In this document: in pieces, positions 36,396 through 45,470 of the stretch
Position numbering within the stretch: position 1 is the first letter of the stretch
Layout of the letters: each line of letters opens with the position of its first letter
NCBI GenBank assembly: GCA_017542065.1
Contig: JAFXXX010000019.1
Span: forward strand, 132,756 to 196,755
Length of the DNA: 64,000 bases
Source of the DNA: Bacilli bacterium
Lineage (GTDB): Bacteria > Bacillota_I > Bacilli_A > RF39 > UBA660
Direction of reading: 5' to 3'
Program-made: the position numbers and the translations under genes
The notes under the pieces: model-generated
Database searches by the model: none
The model's input: the letters and a program-made list of their open reading frames with translations, nothing else
What the model was told of the DNA's origin: nothing

Positions 36396-37135
36396 TATTT
36401 ATCACTTCCCATCATTAAACAAGCGATAGAAATATTATCTAGTCCGCCCCTTATATTACTCTTTCTAATTAATCTTATTACTTTTTCAGATAGACTAAGT
36501 TCTTTATTTGCAAGTACTCTTTCTATTTGAGTTTTTGTAAGCATAGAAGTTAATCCATCAGATGATAGAACTATTCCAGATACTTCTTCTTCTACTGAGA
36601 AGATATCTACTTCTATTGGATTATTTGCTCCAAGTGCTCTCATAAGAATATTCTTCTTTGGATGATTAGCTGCTTGAGTTTCAGTTAATTCACCATTATT
36701 AACAAGCATATTAACTAAAGTATGATCTTTAGTTATTTTAAATAATTCATCTTTCTTAATAACAAATCCTGATGAATCTCCAATATTAGCAAATAATAAA
36801 TAATCTTTAGTATAAATAGCCATAACTAAAGTAGAACCCATTCCTTTACTTTCAGGATGATTCTTAGTATATTCAAATATTTCATTATTTATTTCATTAA
36901 CATTAGTTCTAATCCATTCAACGCAAGTCTTTTTATCTCCCATTGTATCTAACTTATTAAAACTATCTGTTAAGTGGTTAACAGCCATAGATGAAGCTAC
37001 TTCACCTGCTTTATGACCACCCATTCCATCTGCTACAGCAAGTAAATATTCATTCTTTTTATTTTTTAATATAGTTACGCTGTCTTCATTATGTTCTCTA
37101 ACTTTTCCTGTATCAGTTAAAAAATAACTTTCCAT
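36395..37135 (-). CDS. prpC: PP2C-family Ser/Thr phosphatase
   Basis: Motifs EDS, VADGMGGHKAGEVAS, LSSDGL and DNISI. Conserved rlmN-prpC-prkC order. Confidence 0.9.
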   Translation of the reverse strand: MESYFLTDTGKVREHNEDSVTILKNKKNEYLLAVADGMGGHKAGEVASSMAVNHLTDSFNKLDTMGDKKTCVEWIRTNVNEINNEIFEYTKNHPESKGMGSTLVMAIYTKDYLLFANIGDSSGFVIKKDELFKITKDHTLVNMLVNNGELTETQAANHPKKNILMRALGANNPIEVDIFSVEEEVSGIVLSSDGLTSMLTKTQIERVLANKELSLSEKVIRLIRKSNIRGGLDNISIACLMMGSDK

Positions 37136-38173
37136 TTATATCTCTCCTTCTATATTTTCAGCTCTAAGTTGTCCACAAGCTGCAGATACATTTGATCCGA
37201 ATTCTTTTCTTATTGTTGATGTTACATTATTCTTCTTTAGTATATCATAAAATTCAGTAATTTGTGAAGTTTTTGAGCGTTTAAACTCAATATTTTCAGT
37301 TTCATTATATGGTATTAAATTAACATATGCATTTAAACCTTTAACAAGTGATACAAGTTCTAATGCACATTCTTTAGTATCATTAACACCTGAAAGCATA
37401 ATATACTCAAATGTAACTCTTCTATTTGTTTTATCTATATAATCTTTTACTGCCTTCATTACTTCCTCTAGTGGATAAGCATTATTAATTCTCATTATCT
37501 TACTTCTTAGTTCATTATTAGGAGCATGAAGAGAAATTGCTAGATTAATATCTAGATTTTCATCTGCTAATTTATATATTTTTGGAACTATTCCACAAGT
37601 AGAAACAGTAATATGTCTAACCCCAATTGCAAGTGAAAATGGATCATTTATTATTCTTACAAAATCTATAACATTATCATAGTTATCAAATGGTTCTCCA
37701 ATACCCATAATAACAACATGACTTATTCTTTCTTTTATATCTTCTTCTACTCTCATAACTTGAAGAAGCATTTCAGAAACAGTTAAATCTCTAATCTTTT
37801 TAAGTCTACCACTTTGACAAAAAGCACATCCCATATTACAACCAATTTGAGATGAAATACATATACTATTACCATAGTCATGTCTCATTAAAACTGCTTC
37901 TATTCTATGTTTATCATTTAATTCAAATAAATATTTAGAAGTTAATTCATCTTCTTGTTTTATAACTAGTTTAATATCATCAAAACAAAAGTCTTCTTTT
38001 AATTTTTCTATTAAATCTTTTTTAAGATTTGTCATATCATCAAATGATTTAGCTTTTTTTCTATAAAGCCATTCATATATTTGAGTAGCTCTATATTTTT
38101 TATCACCTATTTCTTCAAAATAAGTTTCTAATTTTTTTCTAGTTATACCATATATACTTTGCAATTCTATCAC
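37136..38173 (-). CDS. rlmN: 23S rRNA/tRNA (adenine-C2)-methyltransferase RlmN (radical SAM)
   Basis: Motifs CNMGCAFCQSG (CX3CX2C), GIGEP and a C-terminal AACGQL. Confidence 0.95.
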   Translation of the reverse strand: MIELQSIYGITRKKLETYFEEIGDKKYRATQIYEWLYRKKAKSFDDMTNLKKDLIEKLKEDFCFDDIKLVIKQEDELTSKYLFELNDKHRIEAVLMRHDYGNSICISSQIGCNMGCAFCQSGRLKKIRDLTVSEMLLQVMRVEEDIKERISHVVIMGIGEPFDNYDNVIDFVRIINDPFSLAIGVRHITVSTCGIVPKIYKLADENLDINLAISLHAPNNELRSKIMRINNAYPLEEVMKAVKDYIDKTNRRVTFEYIMLSGVNDTKECALELVSLVKGLNAYVNLIPYNETENIEFKRSKTSQITEFYDILKKNNVTSTIRKEFGSNVSAACGQLRAENIEGEI

Positions 38174-38253
38174 TTCATTTCCACTATAAATTATATCAAA
38201 TTTACACTAATAATTAAAGGTTTTCACTTTATTTACGAACAATTTCCTATCTA

Positions 38254-38282
38254 TTTACATTGATTTTTACATGTGATAAAAT
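38254..38282 (+). promoter_or_regulatory. sigma-A promoter for tmcAL
   Basis: TTTACA (38254..38259), a 17-nt spacer ending in TG-A, then TAAAAT (38277..38282). Confidence 0.5.
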
Positions 38283-38302
38283 ACTTACCAAGGAGAAATA
38301 TT

Positions 38303-39394
38303 ATGGTTAAAGTTGGAATAATATGTGAATATAATCCATTTCATAATGGTCATAAATATCACATAGATAAAATTAAAGAAATGTTTCCAGATTCAATGAT
38401 TATCTTAGCTATGAGTTCATGTTTTACTCAAAGAGGAGATATCTCTATTATTAATAAATGGGATAAAACTAAAATAGCATTAGATAATAATGTTGATTTA
38501 GTTGTAGAGATACCTACTAAATATGTTATACAGTCTGCAGATACATTTGCTAAAGCAGTAGATATTTTAGACTATTTAGGTTGTGATTATCTAGTATTTG
38601 GATCAGAAACTAATGATATAGAAAAACTAAAAGAAATATGTAAGATTCAATCTAGTGAAGAATATAATAATGAAGTTAAATCTCATATGGATAAAGGTAT
38701 TAGTTATAAGAATGCTTTATTTAAAGCTTTAAAACCATATGGAATAGATGATATAGAACCTAATGATACATTAGGAGTCTCTTACATAAAAGAAATAAAC
38801 AGAATTAATAGTAAAATGGTTCCTGTTACTATTAAGAGAACTAATAATTATAATTCAAATGAATTAGATAGTGAGATAATATCTGCTAATGCAATTAGAG
38901 ATAATATAAATAATATTGATATTAAAAAATATGTTCCAAAAAATGCCATAGTTAATTACTATACTCCATCATACTTTGATCTTCTAAAATATAAAATTAT
39001 TACAGATGATGATTTGGAAGAATATAACTTAGTTGATGAAGGTATAGAGAATAGATTAAAGAAATACGCACTTGAATCTAATTCTATCGAAGAATTAATA
39101 GAAAAAGTTAAAACAAAAAGATATACTGTTAATAAACTTAAAAGAATGTTTATATCTATACTTCTTTCATTTAAAAAGAAAGATAATGAAAAGAATATTA
39201 AATATATTAGAGTTCTAGGTTTTAATAATATTGGTCAAAAGTATTTAAATAGTATAAAAAAAGATGTTAAGGTTCCAATATATACTAAGTTTAATAAAGA
39301 CTTAGAATTTGAATTAAAAGTTACAAATATTTATTCAATGATAGTAAATGACGAAGAATTAAATAAAAAAGAGTTATCTAGTTTAATTAGATAA
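38303..39394 (+). CDS. tmcAL: tRNA(Met) cytidine acetate ligase (YlbM/TmcAL family nucleotidyltransferase)
   Basis: N-terminus MVKVGIICEYNPFHNGHKYHI (HxGH-type motif). AAGGAG lies 7 nt upstream of ATG 38303; the ORF-track start at 38273 is a GTG inside the promoter. This is the only plus-strand gene. Confidence 0.85.
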   Translation: MVKVGIICEYNPFHNGHKYHIDKIKEMFPDSMIILAMSSCFTQRGDISIINKWDKTKIALDNNVDLVVEIPTKYVIQSADTFAKAVDILDYLGCDYLVFGSETNDIEKLKEICKIQSSEEYNNEVKSHMDKGISYKNALFKALKPYGIDDIEPNDTLGVSYIKEINRINSKMVPVTIKRTNNYNSNELDSEIISANAIRDNINNIDIKKYVPKNAIVNYYTPSYFDLLKYKIITDDDLEEYNLVDEGIENRLKKYALESNSIEELIEKVKTKRYTVNKLKRMFISILLSFKKKDNEKNIKYIRVLGFNNIGQKYLNSIKKDVKVPIYTKFNKDLEFELKVTNIYSMIVNDEELNKKELSSLIR

Positions 39395-39402
39395 CTCTTT
39401 TT
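39371..39402. terminator. bidirectional terminator between the convergent tmcAL and AT3 genes
   Basis: GAGTTATCTA-GTTTAAT-TAGATAACTC is a perfect 10-bp stem followed by TTTTT. It overlaps the last codons of tmcAL. Confidence 0.6.
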
Positions 39403-39403
39403 A

Positions 39404-40504
39404 TTACCAGTTAATATTAACTTTCTTAAATAATTTAGTAATCTTATTTCTAAGTTTACCTGATATTTTTAAATCATATATTACTTTAAATATAAATACT
39501 CTTAATGCTTCGATTAATGAACATATTATTACAAAGCTAATAGATAATCCTACCGCAATTAAAATATGTTTATAATTATATGAATCAAGTGCAAATCCAA
39601 GTGGTTTATATATTCTAGTATATAACAAAGTATTTTGTGTAATTAAATATGTTCCAAGAACATATTTACCAAAGAAATTAACTACCTTATTACTAAATTC
39701 TATTTTACTAAAGAATATAAAATATAATATTGAACCAAATAATATACATGGATTTGTATAAGCGGTAAATCCATTTACAATGGAATCTGCAAAGTATCTT
39801 ACTGATTCTTTAGATGATCCTTGAAGTATTAATCCTGCCTTATATAAAACTGTATTAATAATTGCAAGTAAGAAGAATCCTACTAAAGAAATTGTAATTA
39901 CTTTACCCTTCTTCCACTCTATTGGATACTTATGTAAATAAGATCCTATAAAATATAATAATATAAATGAGAATAATGAATATCCACCAGATATATGATG
40001 ATATAACTCATTATTAAATACATAATTAACAATAGTAATTATTAATAGACCTACTATTATCATTTTATGTTTAGTCTTATCAGAACCATTAATAACCATA
40101 TTTAATAATGGACTTAATAAATATAAAAGCATATATACTACTAAGAACCAATAATCATCATGTCTTGGAATTGGTAATAACATTCTAAAAGTAAAGAACT
40201 TTGAGAATCCTATTCCAAATGCAAATAATAAAACTAATATACATGCTGCATTATAAAACCAAATTGAGTTATTAGTTTTAATTACTTTAGATAATTTAAA
40301 CTTCTTATCATAATTAAAATAACCTGTTAATAAAACAAATGAATTAACATGAACTAAAGTAATTGCTTTAAGTAAAACAATTACATTTTGAGTTAAACCA
40401 AATGTTCCTTCTTCCATTTTTCCAAATAAAAGAAAATGCCATAGAACAATAAAGAACATAGATATAATTCTCATTAATTCAAAATTAGATAATCTTTTCT
40501 TCAT
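39404..40504 (-). CDS. acyltransferase family 3 (AT3) integral membrane O-acyltransferase
   Basis: N-terminus NFELMRIISMFFIVLWHF is typical of AT3. About 10 TM segments. GGGGG SD. Confidence 0.8.
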   Translation of the reverse strand: MKKRLSNFELMRIISMFFIVLWHFLLFGKMEEGTFGLTQNVIVLLKAITLVHVNSFVLLTGYFNYDKKFKLSKVIKTNNSIWFYNAACILVLLFAFGIGFSKFFTFRMLLPIPRHDDYWFLVVYMLLYLLSPLLNMVINGSDKTKHKMIIVGLLIITIVNYVFNNELYHHISGGYSLFSFILLYFIGSYLHKYPIEWKKGKVITISLVGFFLLAIINTVLYKAGLILQGSSKESVRYFADSIVNGFTAYTNPCILFGSILYFIFFSKIEFSNKVVNFFGKYVLGTYLITQNTLLYTRIYKPLGFALDSYNYKHILIAVGLSISFVIICSLIEALRVFIFKVIYDLKISGKLRNKITKLFKKVNINW

Positions 40505-40512
40505 ATATCCCC

Positions 40513-41004
40513 CTAGTCACTTAATTCTTCATGTTCTTTTAAAGCAATGTTATATCTTTCTTTTAACACTTTATTAAACCTTTTAATATATTTAGGCCAT
40601 AAACTAAATGGTGTTAATAATTTATGCTTTTTCCATAAATATTTAATACCTTCTCCAAAGCTTAGAAAGAATACTTTTAAGAATATATAAATACTTGTAA
40701 CAAGTAATTCAACTTTATGTTCTATTCTATTAAATATACTCATCTTACCTGAGAATATTAATAGTCTTTTAGAACCATCTAATACATATACTTTAATATA
40801 TTTAGAATCCATTCTAAGTTTAGCTTTAATATAAAATCCATCTTCATATTTAGACTTTGGTCTTTCAAATTCTATTTCTTCTCCGTCTTCTACTACTACA
40901 AAGTCTACATCTTTTTTAGTACATATTCCCTCTATATTTAAATATGGATTTTTAATACCAGCGATTACTTGATGCTTAATATCTATAAAATCATATATTT
41001 GCAT
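40513..41004 (-). CDS. hypothetical single-pass membrane protein (163 aa)
   Basis: GGAGG SD. The stop TAG abuts the SD of the downstream AT3 gene. It has a beta-rich N-terminal domain of about 95 aa and a hydrophobic segment (LLVTSIYIFLKVFFLSF). Confidence 0.55.
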   Translation of the reverse strand: MQIYDFIDIKHQVIAGIKNPYLNIEGICTKKDVDFVVVEDGEEIEFERPKSKYEDGFYIKAKLRMDSKYIKVYVLDGSKRLLIFSGKMSIFNRIEHKVELLVTSIYIFLKVFFLSFGEGIKYLWKKHKLLTPFSLWPKYIKRFNKVLKERYNIALKEHEELSD

Positions 41005-41039
41005 ACTAATCCTCCACTACTATATGAAATAATTATAAC

Positions 41040-41063
41040 AAAAAAAGAGTTTTATTAAAACTC
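41040..41063 (-). terminator. Rho-independent terminator after the SGNH gene, followed by TGTTATAAT
   Basis: Minus strand reads GAGTTTT-AAT-AAAACTC followed by T7, then GTTATAAT. Confidence 0.5.
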
Positions 41064-41771
41064 TTATTTCATATATTTAGTTAATTTTTCTGTTATATGT
41101 TTGTATCCTTCATCATTTGGATGTAGTCCATCATCAGTATATTTAGAATCAAATATACCTTCTTCATTAGCTATTTCATCATAAATATCTATATAAGTAT
41201 AATTATTATCTTTAGCATATTTTTTTAGTATTTTATTAGCTTCAATTACTTTTGGATTAACATCTTCTGCTGCTCTAGCATTGTTATCATGATCATTTTT
41301 CCATACATTAGAATATGGAGAAATTGATTCAATATAAATTTCTGTATATTTATTTCTATCCTTTATTTTTTCACATATTTCTTTAATATCATTAGTTACT
41401 TCTTCTGCAGATGCTCCATCATAAACTAAGTTATTAATACCAAGCATTATAAATACTTTTGATGGATTATATCTATATACTCTTTCATACATATTATCTA
41501 GTATTTGATATGTTTTATCACCACTATGTCCACTTTGAACATGATAATAATCATCATAATATTTATCTAAATCATAGAATTCAGTAATAGAGTCTCCAAG
41601 GAAAACAATGTTTTCACTAATTAGTTTTTTCTCTTCTACTACATTCTCATATACTATATTTTTACCTAAGTAAATTCTACCTTTTTGAACTAACATAATA
41701 ACCATTAATACTATAATAGCTACTAATAAAAAGAATACAGAAAATAATACTATTTTGTCTAATTTTTTCAT
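41064..41771 (-). CDS. SGNH/GDSL hydrolase with N-terminal membrane anchor
   Basis: Block I FLGDSITE, block III MLGINNL, block V DGLHPNDEGY. Start at ATG 41771 with AAAGGTGG upstream. Confidence 0.8.
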   Translation of the reverse strand: MKKLDKIVLFSVFFLLVAIIVLMVIMLVQKGRIYLGKNIVYENVVEEKKLISENIVFLGDSITEFYDLDKYYDDYYHVQSGHSGDKTYQILDNMYERVYRYNPSKVFIMLGINNLVYDGASAEEVTNDIKEICEKIKDRNKYTEIYIESISPYSNVWKNDHDNNARAAEDVNPKVIEANKILKKYAKDNNYTYIDIYDEIANEEGIFDSKYTDDGLHPNDEGYKHITEKLTKYMK

Positions 41772-41852
41772 CTTACAACCACCTTTATCATACATATACT
41801 ATAATAACACATATCATGATAAAAGAGTTTATAAAATTTAAATTTTACATCA

Positions 41853-42989
41853 TTAATTAAAAATATTTACATCCACTCTTCCAGATATCCCTGGTATATT
41901 ACCATTTGAAGAATATTGCCATCCAATATAATTTCCATCATATTGACACTTATTATAATATTGAGCAACCCATATAGTTTTATTTCTAATACTTGGATCA
42001 TTTAATGATCCCTTAGTAAGCATATATAAATTGCCATATACACCTGTTTTAATGCCTTTAGATTCAAGATTATTAGTAAATGCATTAATTACCTTAGTAT
42101 ATAAACTTTTAGTGTAAGAAATGCCATTATATGTTCTAAGTTCTGCATCATAAAATACAGGATAACTAAGATTAACATTATACTTATTAATCATATCATA
42201 AACAAAATTAGCTTCTATATTAGCAGCATATTCATTTTGAGCATATCCATAAATATATATTCCATATGGAATACCAAGTCTATTAAGTTCACTAATATTT
42301 CTTTCAAACTTATTATCAAGTCCACATTTAGAATTAGTTGTTCCATAGCCCACTCTAACTATTACAGCATCTACTAAATTACTTTCTTTTAATTTATCAA
42401 AATCTATATTACCTTGCCATGAAGATATATCTATTACACTCTTAACAGATGATCTAACTAGATGTCCATCATTAAAATCAAAATAATATCTAATACCATC
42501 CACCAATTGTAACCCTTTTTTATCTTCATAGTATATATTATTATCTCTTATAGTGAATTCATTTCTAAGTTTATAATTATCATCAAAATAATAATTAGTC
42601 CCATCTATATTTATTACTCCCTTCTTCTTTTCATTATTTTCATAATAATATGTTGTTCCATCTTCATCTAACAAGCCATTTTTGATTTCAGGTTCCTCCA
42701 TTATTTCTTCAAGAGGTTCTTCTTCAATAACAGGTTCTTCAATAACTTCTTCTACTTCTTCACATACATAAACAGTTTCATATTTAACTACATAATTATC
42801 TTTTAATAACTCATCTACATTAGAATTCTTTTTATCTATTAAATAAACCATCTTTTCTATGTTTTCAACTATTACAGATTCTTCTTTCTTTTCTTCTACT
42901 ACATCTTCTTTTTTATTATTAATAATAGAAAAACCAACAATAAAAACAATTACTAAAGAAAATATAATATATTTAATTATTCTTTTTAT
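41853..42989 (-). CDS. GH25 muramidase with glucan/cell-wall-binding repeats; start extended to an ATA (or ATT at 42992) to include a signal anchor
   Basis: The GH25 core begins IDISSWQGNIDFDKL...VIVRVGYG. CW-binding-type repeats: DGTTYYYENNEKKKGVINIDGTNYYFDDN. The 46 in-frame codons upstream of ATG 42851 encode KRIIKYIIFSLVIVFIVGFSII, and GGGGG lies just upstream. Confidence 0.75.
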   Translation of the reverse strand: MKRIIKYIIFSLVIVFIVGFSIINNKKEDVVEEKKEESVIVENIEKMVYLIDKKNSNVDELLKDNYVVKYETVYVCEEVEEVIEEPVIEEEPLEEIMEEPEIKNGLLDEDGTTYYYENNEKKKGVINIDGTNYYFDDNYKLRNEFTIRDNNIYYEDKKGLQLVDGIRYYFDFNDGHLVRSSVKSVIDISSWQGNIDFDKLKESNLVDAVIVRVGYGTTNSKCGLDNKFERNISELNRLGIPYGIYIYGYAQNEYAANIEANFVYDMINKYNVNLSYPVFYDAELRTYNGISYTKSLYTKVINAFTNNLESKGIKTGVYGNLYMLTKGSLNDPSIRNKTIWVAQYYNKCQYDGNYIGWQYSSNGNIPGISGRVDVNIFN

Positions 42990-43030
42990 AATATAACCCC
43001 CTTTTATATTATATTTTCTTTTTAAAGTAA

Positions 43031-43468
43031 TTATTCCTCTAATAAATCTGTTTTATCTTTTATTTCTTTAACTGGTTTATTAGGTGTCGGTAAATCTTCA
43101 AGCAATTCCTGTTTTCTTTTTTGAATAGCAAAATATGTTTGACCTAGAGATACTACTTCTTTTCTAGGATCAGCATTTTGAGTTATTAAATAACAGGCAT
43201 ATCTAGATAACTTATAATCTAATACATTTTGAATATTCCCATTTCCTCCTACTAACGGTTTACTGACCTCAGTAAACTGTTCTGATATAGAAATATTACT
43301 ATTAATACAAGATATTTTTGCATTATTAATTACTGTTTTAAAATTCTGCCATTTTTTATATTCTAAAACAACCATTAATTCTCTTGCATACCAATATTCA
43401 TTACCATCTTCATCTATATGTTTAATACTTTCAAACACTGTATTTTTATAATCTTCAATGTTATACAT
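43031..43468 (-). CDS. DinD-like (DNA-damage-inducible protein D family) protein, short form (145 aa)
   Basis: LSRYACYLITQNADP and GQTYFAIQKRKQE match E. coli DinD as I remember it (LSRYACYLVVQNGDP, GQTYFAIQTRRQE). GGAGG SD. Confidence 0.75.
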   Translation of the reverse strand: MYNIEDYKNTVFESIKHIDEDGNEYWYARELMVVLEYKKWQNFKTVINNAKISCINSNISISEQFTEVSKPLVGGNGNIQNVLDYKLSRYACYLITQNADPRKEVVSLGQTYFAIQKRKQELLEDLPTPNKPVKEIKDKTDLLEE

Positions 43469-43515
43469 GTAACACCTCCAATTATAATATTTGATATATA
43501 AATAATTATTCCACT

Positions 43516-43538
43516 AAAAAAACATCCTTTTGGATGTT
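43516..43538 (-). terminator. Rho-independent terminator after the 233-aa gene
   Basis: Minus strand reads AACATCC-AAAA-GGATGTT followed by T7. It overlaps the stop codon. Confidence 0.6.
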
Positions 43539-44238
43539 ATTCTGTTATAATCTTTTTCTTTTTATTATTCTTGGTTTTTTTCTTATCTTTACTATCACCA
43601 GAACTAAAAGTTGCTTCAACTAATTCGTTAGTTCCTGGGAATGGTTGATCATCACCAAAAACTCTATAATGTTCTAATAAGATTCTCCAAAAATTTTCTT
43701 TTTTATCACTAAAATATAATTTTACGCAGTCCTCTTGGTTTCTCTTTCTATACTTACTATGTAATGCTTCTGACTTAGAAGCAATATTTTTTAATTGTTC
43801 ACTAGTATGCTTTAATCCATTAGGATTAAATGTTTGACTATAATTTGGATTAAATATAAGATTTTCATCTTTATAAGCACTTTCTATTAATACTGGAACT
43901 AAAATTGGATAATAATCCACTCTACTCTTTTTTTCATTTGTAGTATATCTTTCATATAAAAATGGATAAGGTAATACTCTGTTTTCACCAAATTCACCAT
44001 AGCATCTTACCTTAAGATAATCTTTTGGAATTCTAACTACATATGCAGTTTCACCTTTTTTAATTGTATCTAGATAATCTAAAACAGCATCTTCTTCATC
44101 AAATTTTTCAAAGTGTTTATCCATACTAAAATCTAGACTAAAGAATAATATACCTTCTCTAAAAAATTTTTCATAATCATCATCTTGTGTTCTAAACACA
44201 TAATATTTACATTCTGATTCACCATAATAAATACTCAT
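43537..44238 (-). CDS. hypothetical protein (233 aa) with a Lys-rich C-terminal tail
   Basis: GGAGG lies 9 nt upstream of ATG 44238; the ORF-track ATG at 44247 touches the SD. No TM and no recognised motif. Last gene of the upstream GT operon. Confidence 0.55.
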   Translation of the reverse strand: MSIYYGESECKYYVFRTQDDDYEKFFREGILFFSLDFSMDKHFEKFDEEDAVLDYLDTIKKGETAYVVRIPKDYLKVRCYGEFGENRVLPYPFLYERYTTNEKKSRVDYYPILVPVLIESAYKDENLIFNPNYSQTFNPNGLKHTSEQLKNIASKSEALHSKYRKRNQEDCVKLYFSDKKENFWRILLEHYRVFGDDQPFPGTNELVEATFSSGDSKDKKKTKNNKKKKIITE

Positions 44239-44251
44239 TAAATTCATCCTC

Positions 44252-45406
44252 CTATTTTAATAATGTATCAAATAATTTTTTATATTTTTTAATAATAGTA
44301 TTTAAATCATATTCTTCTTTTACTCTTTCTTTTGCTTTACTACTATATTCTTCATATTCTTTTGATTTAAATCTATCAACTTTATCTATTATGTCTCTAA
44401 GATTAAATGCCTCATCAGTAAAGTATAGACATGAATCTTTACATACTTCTCTATTATATTCATTGTCATATACTATATTAACGTCTGAAGTAGATAAACT
44501 TTCTATTAAAGATGGATTAATACCACCTTCTTTATGTCCATATATATATCCTTTAGAATTAACTCTAAGTCTTGTAATAATATCTTTATCATATATAGGA
44601 CCTACAAATTTAATTCTTTTATCTTTATTAAAATTTGTAGACTTTAATAATTTATCATAATATTTATTTTTAGTTATATCTGATACTATTACTAAATCTT
44701 TATCAGTATCACTAAGCATAAATTCTTTAATTATTAGATCTATATTATTCTTAGGTATAAATCTTCCTATAACTAAATAGTATTCTCTTTTTCTAATATT
44801 CTTCTTTTCCATAAAGATTCTAGTTTTTTTATCTATATCTTTAGTATCAGGAATATTAGTACCACATGGAATATATTTAGTATGTACATTATATTTATCT
44901 TTTATATAGTTTTCTGATAACTTGCTATCACATAGTACTATATCAGAATATTTAATCATTTCTTTTTCAGATTTTCTTGTTAAGTATTTAACAATCCAAG
45001 GTTTATTTTCAATCTTTGATTTAATATATCCAGGATTAGTAATAACTTTTACTTCCATTTTATTTAATTTCCTATGAATTAATTTAAATAAGAAGCCTCC
45101 TCTAAAACCTAGCATATATATAATAGTATTCTTCATCTTTTCTTTTCTAATCAAGTTTGTATAATACAAAACTGATTTAAAGACAAAACTAAACATGGCA
45201 AGAGGGCCATGTTTAGGTATAAATACTTGCTTACATATTACACCATTTCTTATCTCTATTTCATTATTCATTTTATATGATAATTCAGGAACAAAAAATC
45301 TTACATCATCATCTTTATAATTATCAATTAAATTGGAAACTAATGTCTCCCAACCACCATAATCATAATTATATCCTCTAGATCCAATTATAATAATATT
45401 TTTCAT
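44252..45406 (-). CDS. glycosyltransferase, GT-B fold with DUF1972-type N-terminus
   Basis: N-terminus IIIGSRGYNYDYGGWETLV is the DUF1972 signature (GSRG...YGG.ET). GGAGG SD. Confidence 0.75.
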   Translation of the reverse strand: MKNIIIIGSRGYNYDYGGWETLVSNLIDNYKDDDVRFFVPELSYKMNNEIEIRNGVICKQVFIPKHGPLAMFSFVFKSVLYYTNLIRKEKMKNTIIYMLGFRGGFLFKLIHRKLNKMEVKVITNPGYIKSKIENKPWIVKYLTRKSEKEMIKYSDIVLCDSKLSENYIKDKYNVHTKYIPCGTNIPDTKDIDKKTRIFMEKKNIRKREYYLVIGRFIPKNNIDLIIKEFMLSDTDKDLVIVSDITKNKYYDKLLKSTNFNKDKRIKFVGPIYDKDIITRLRVNSKGYIYGHKEGGINPSLIESLSTSDVNIVYDNEYNREVCKDSCLYFTDEAFNLRDIIDKVDRFKSKEYEEYSSKAKERVKEEYDLNTIIKKYKKLFDTLLK

Positions 45407-45470
45407 CTATTCCTCCATAAAGAAATATAGTGTAATATTCTACCAAAAATATTAAATAAAATATAGTGTT

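Noticed and set aside
43031-44247. The DinD-like region as a prophage or mobile-element remnant.
   Set aside because: No integrase, recombinase or transposase was recognised in or near the region, and I found no flanking direct or inverted repeats and no tRNA target. Only the functional mismatch with its neighbours is left, and that is reported as a low-key finding.
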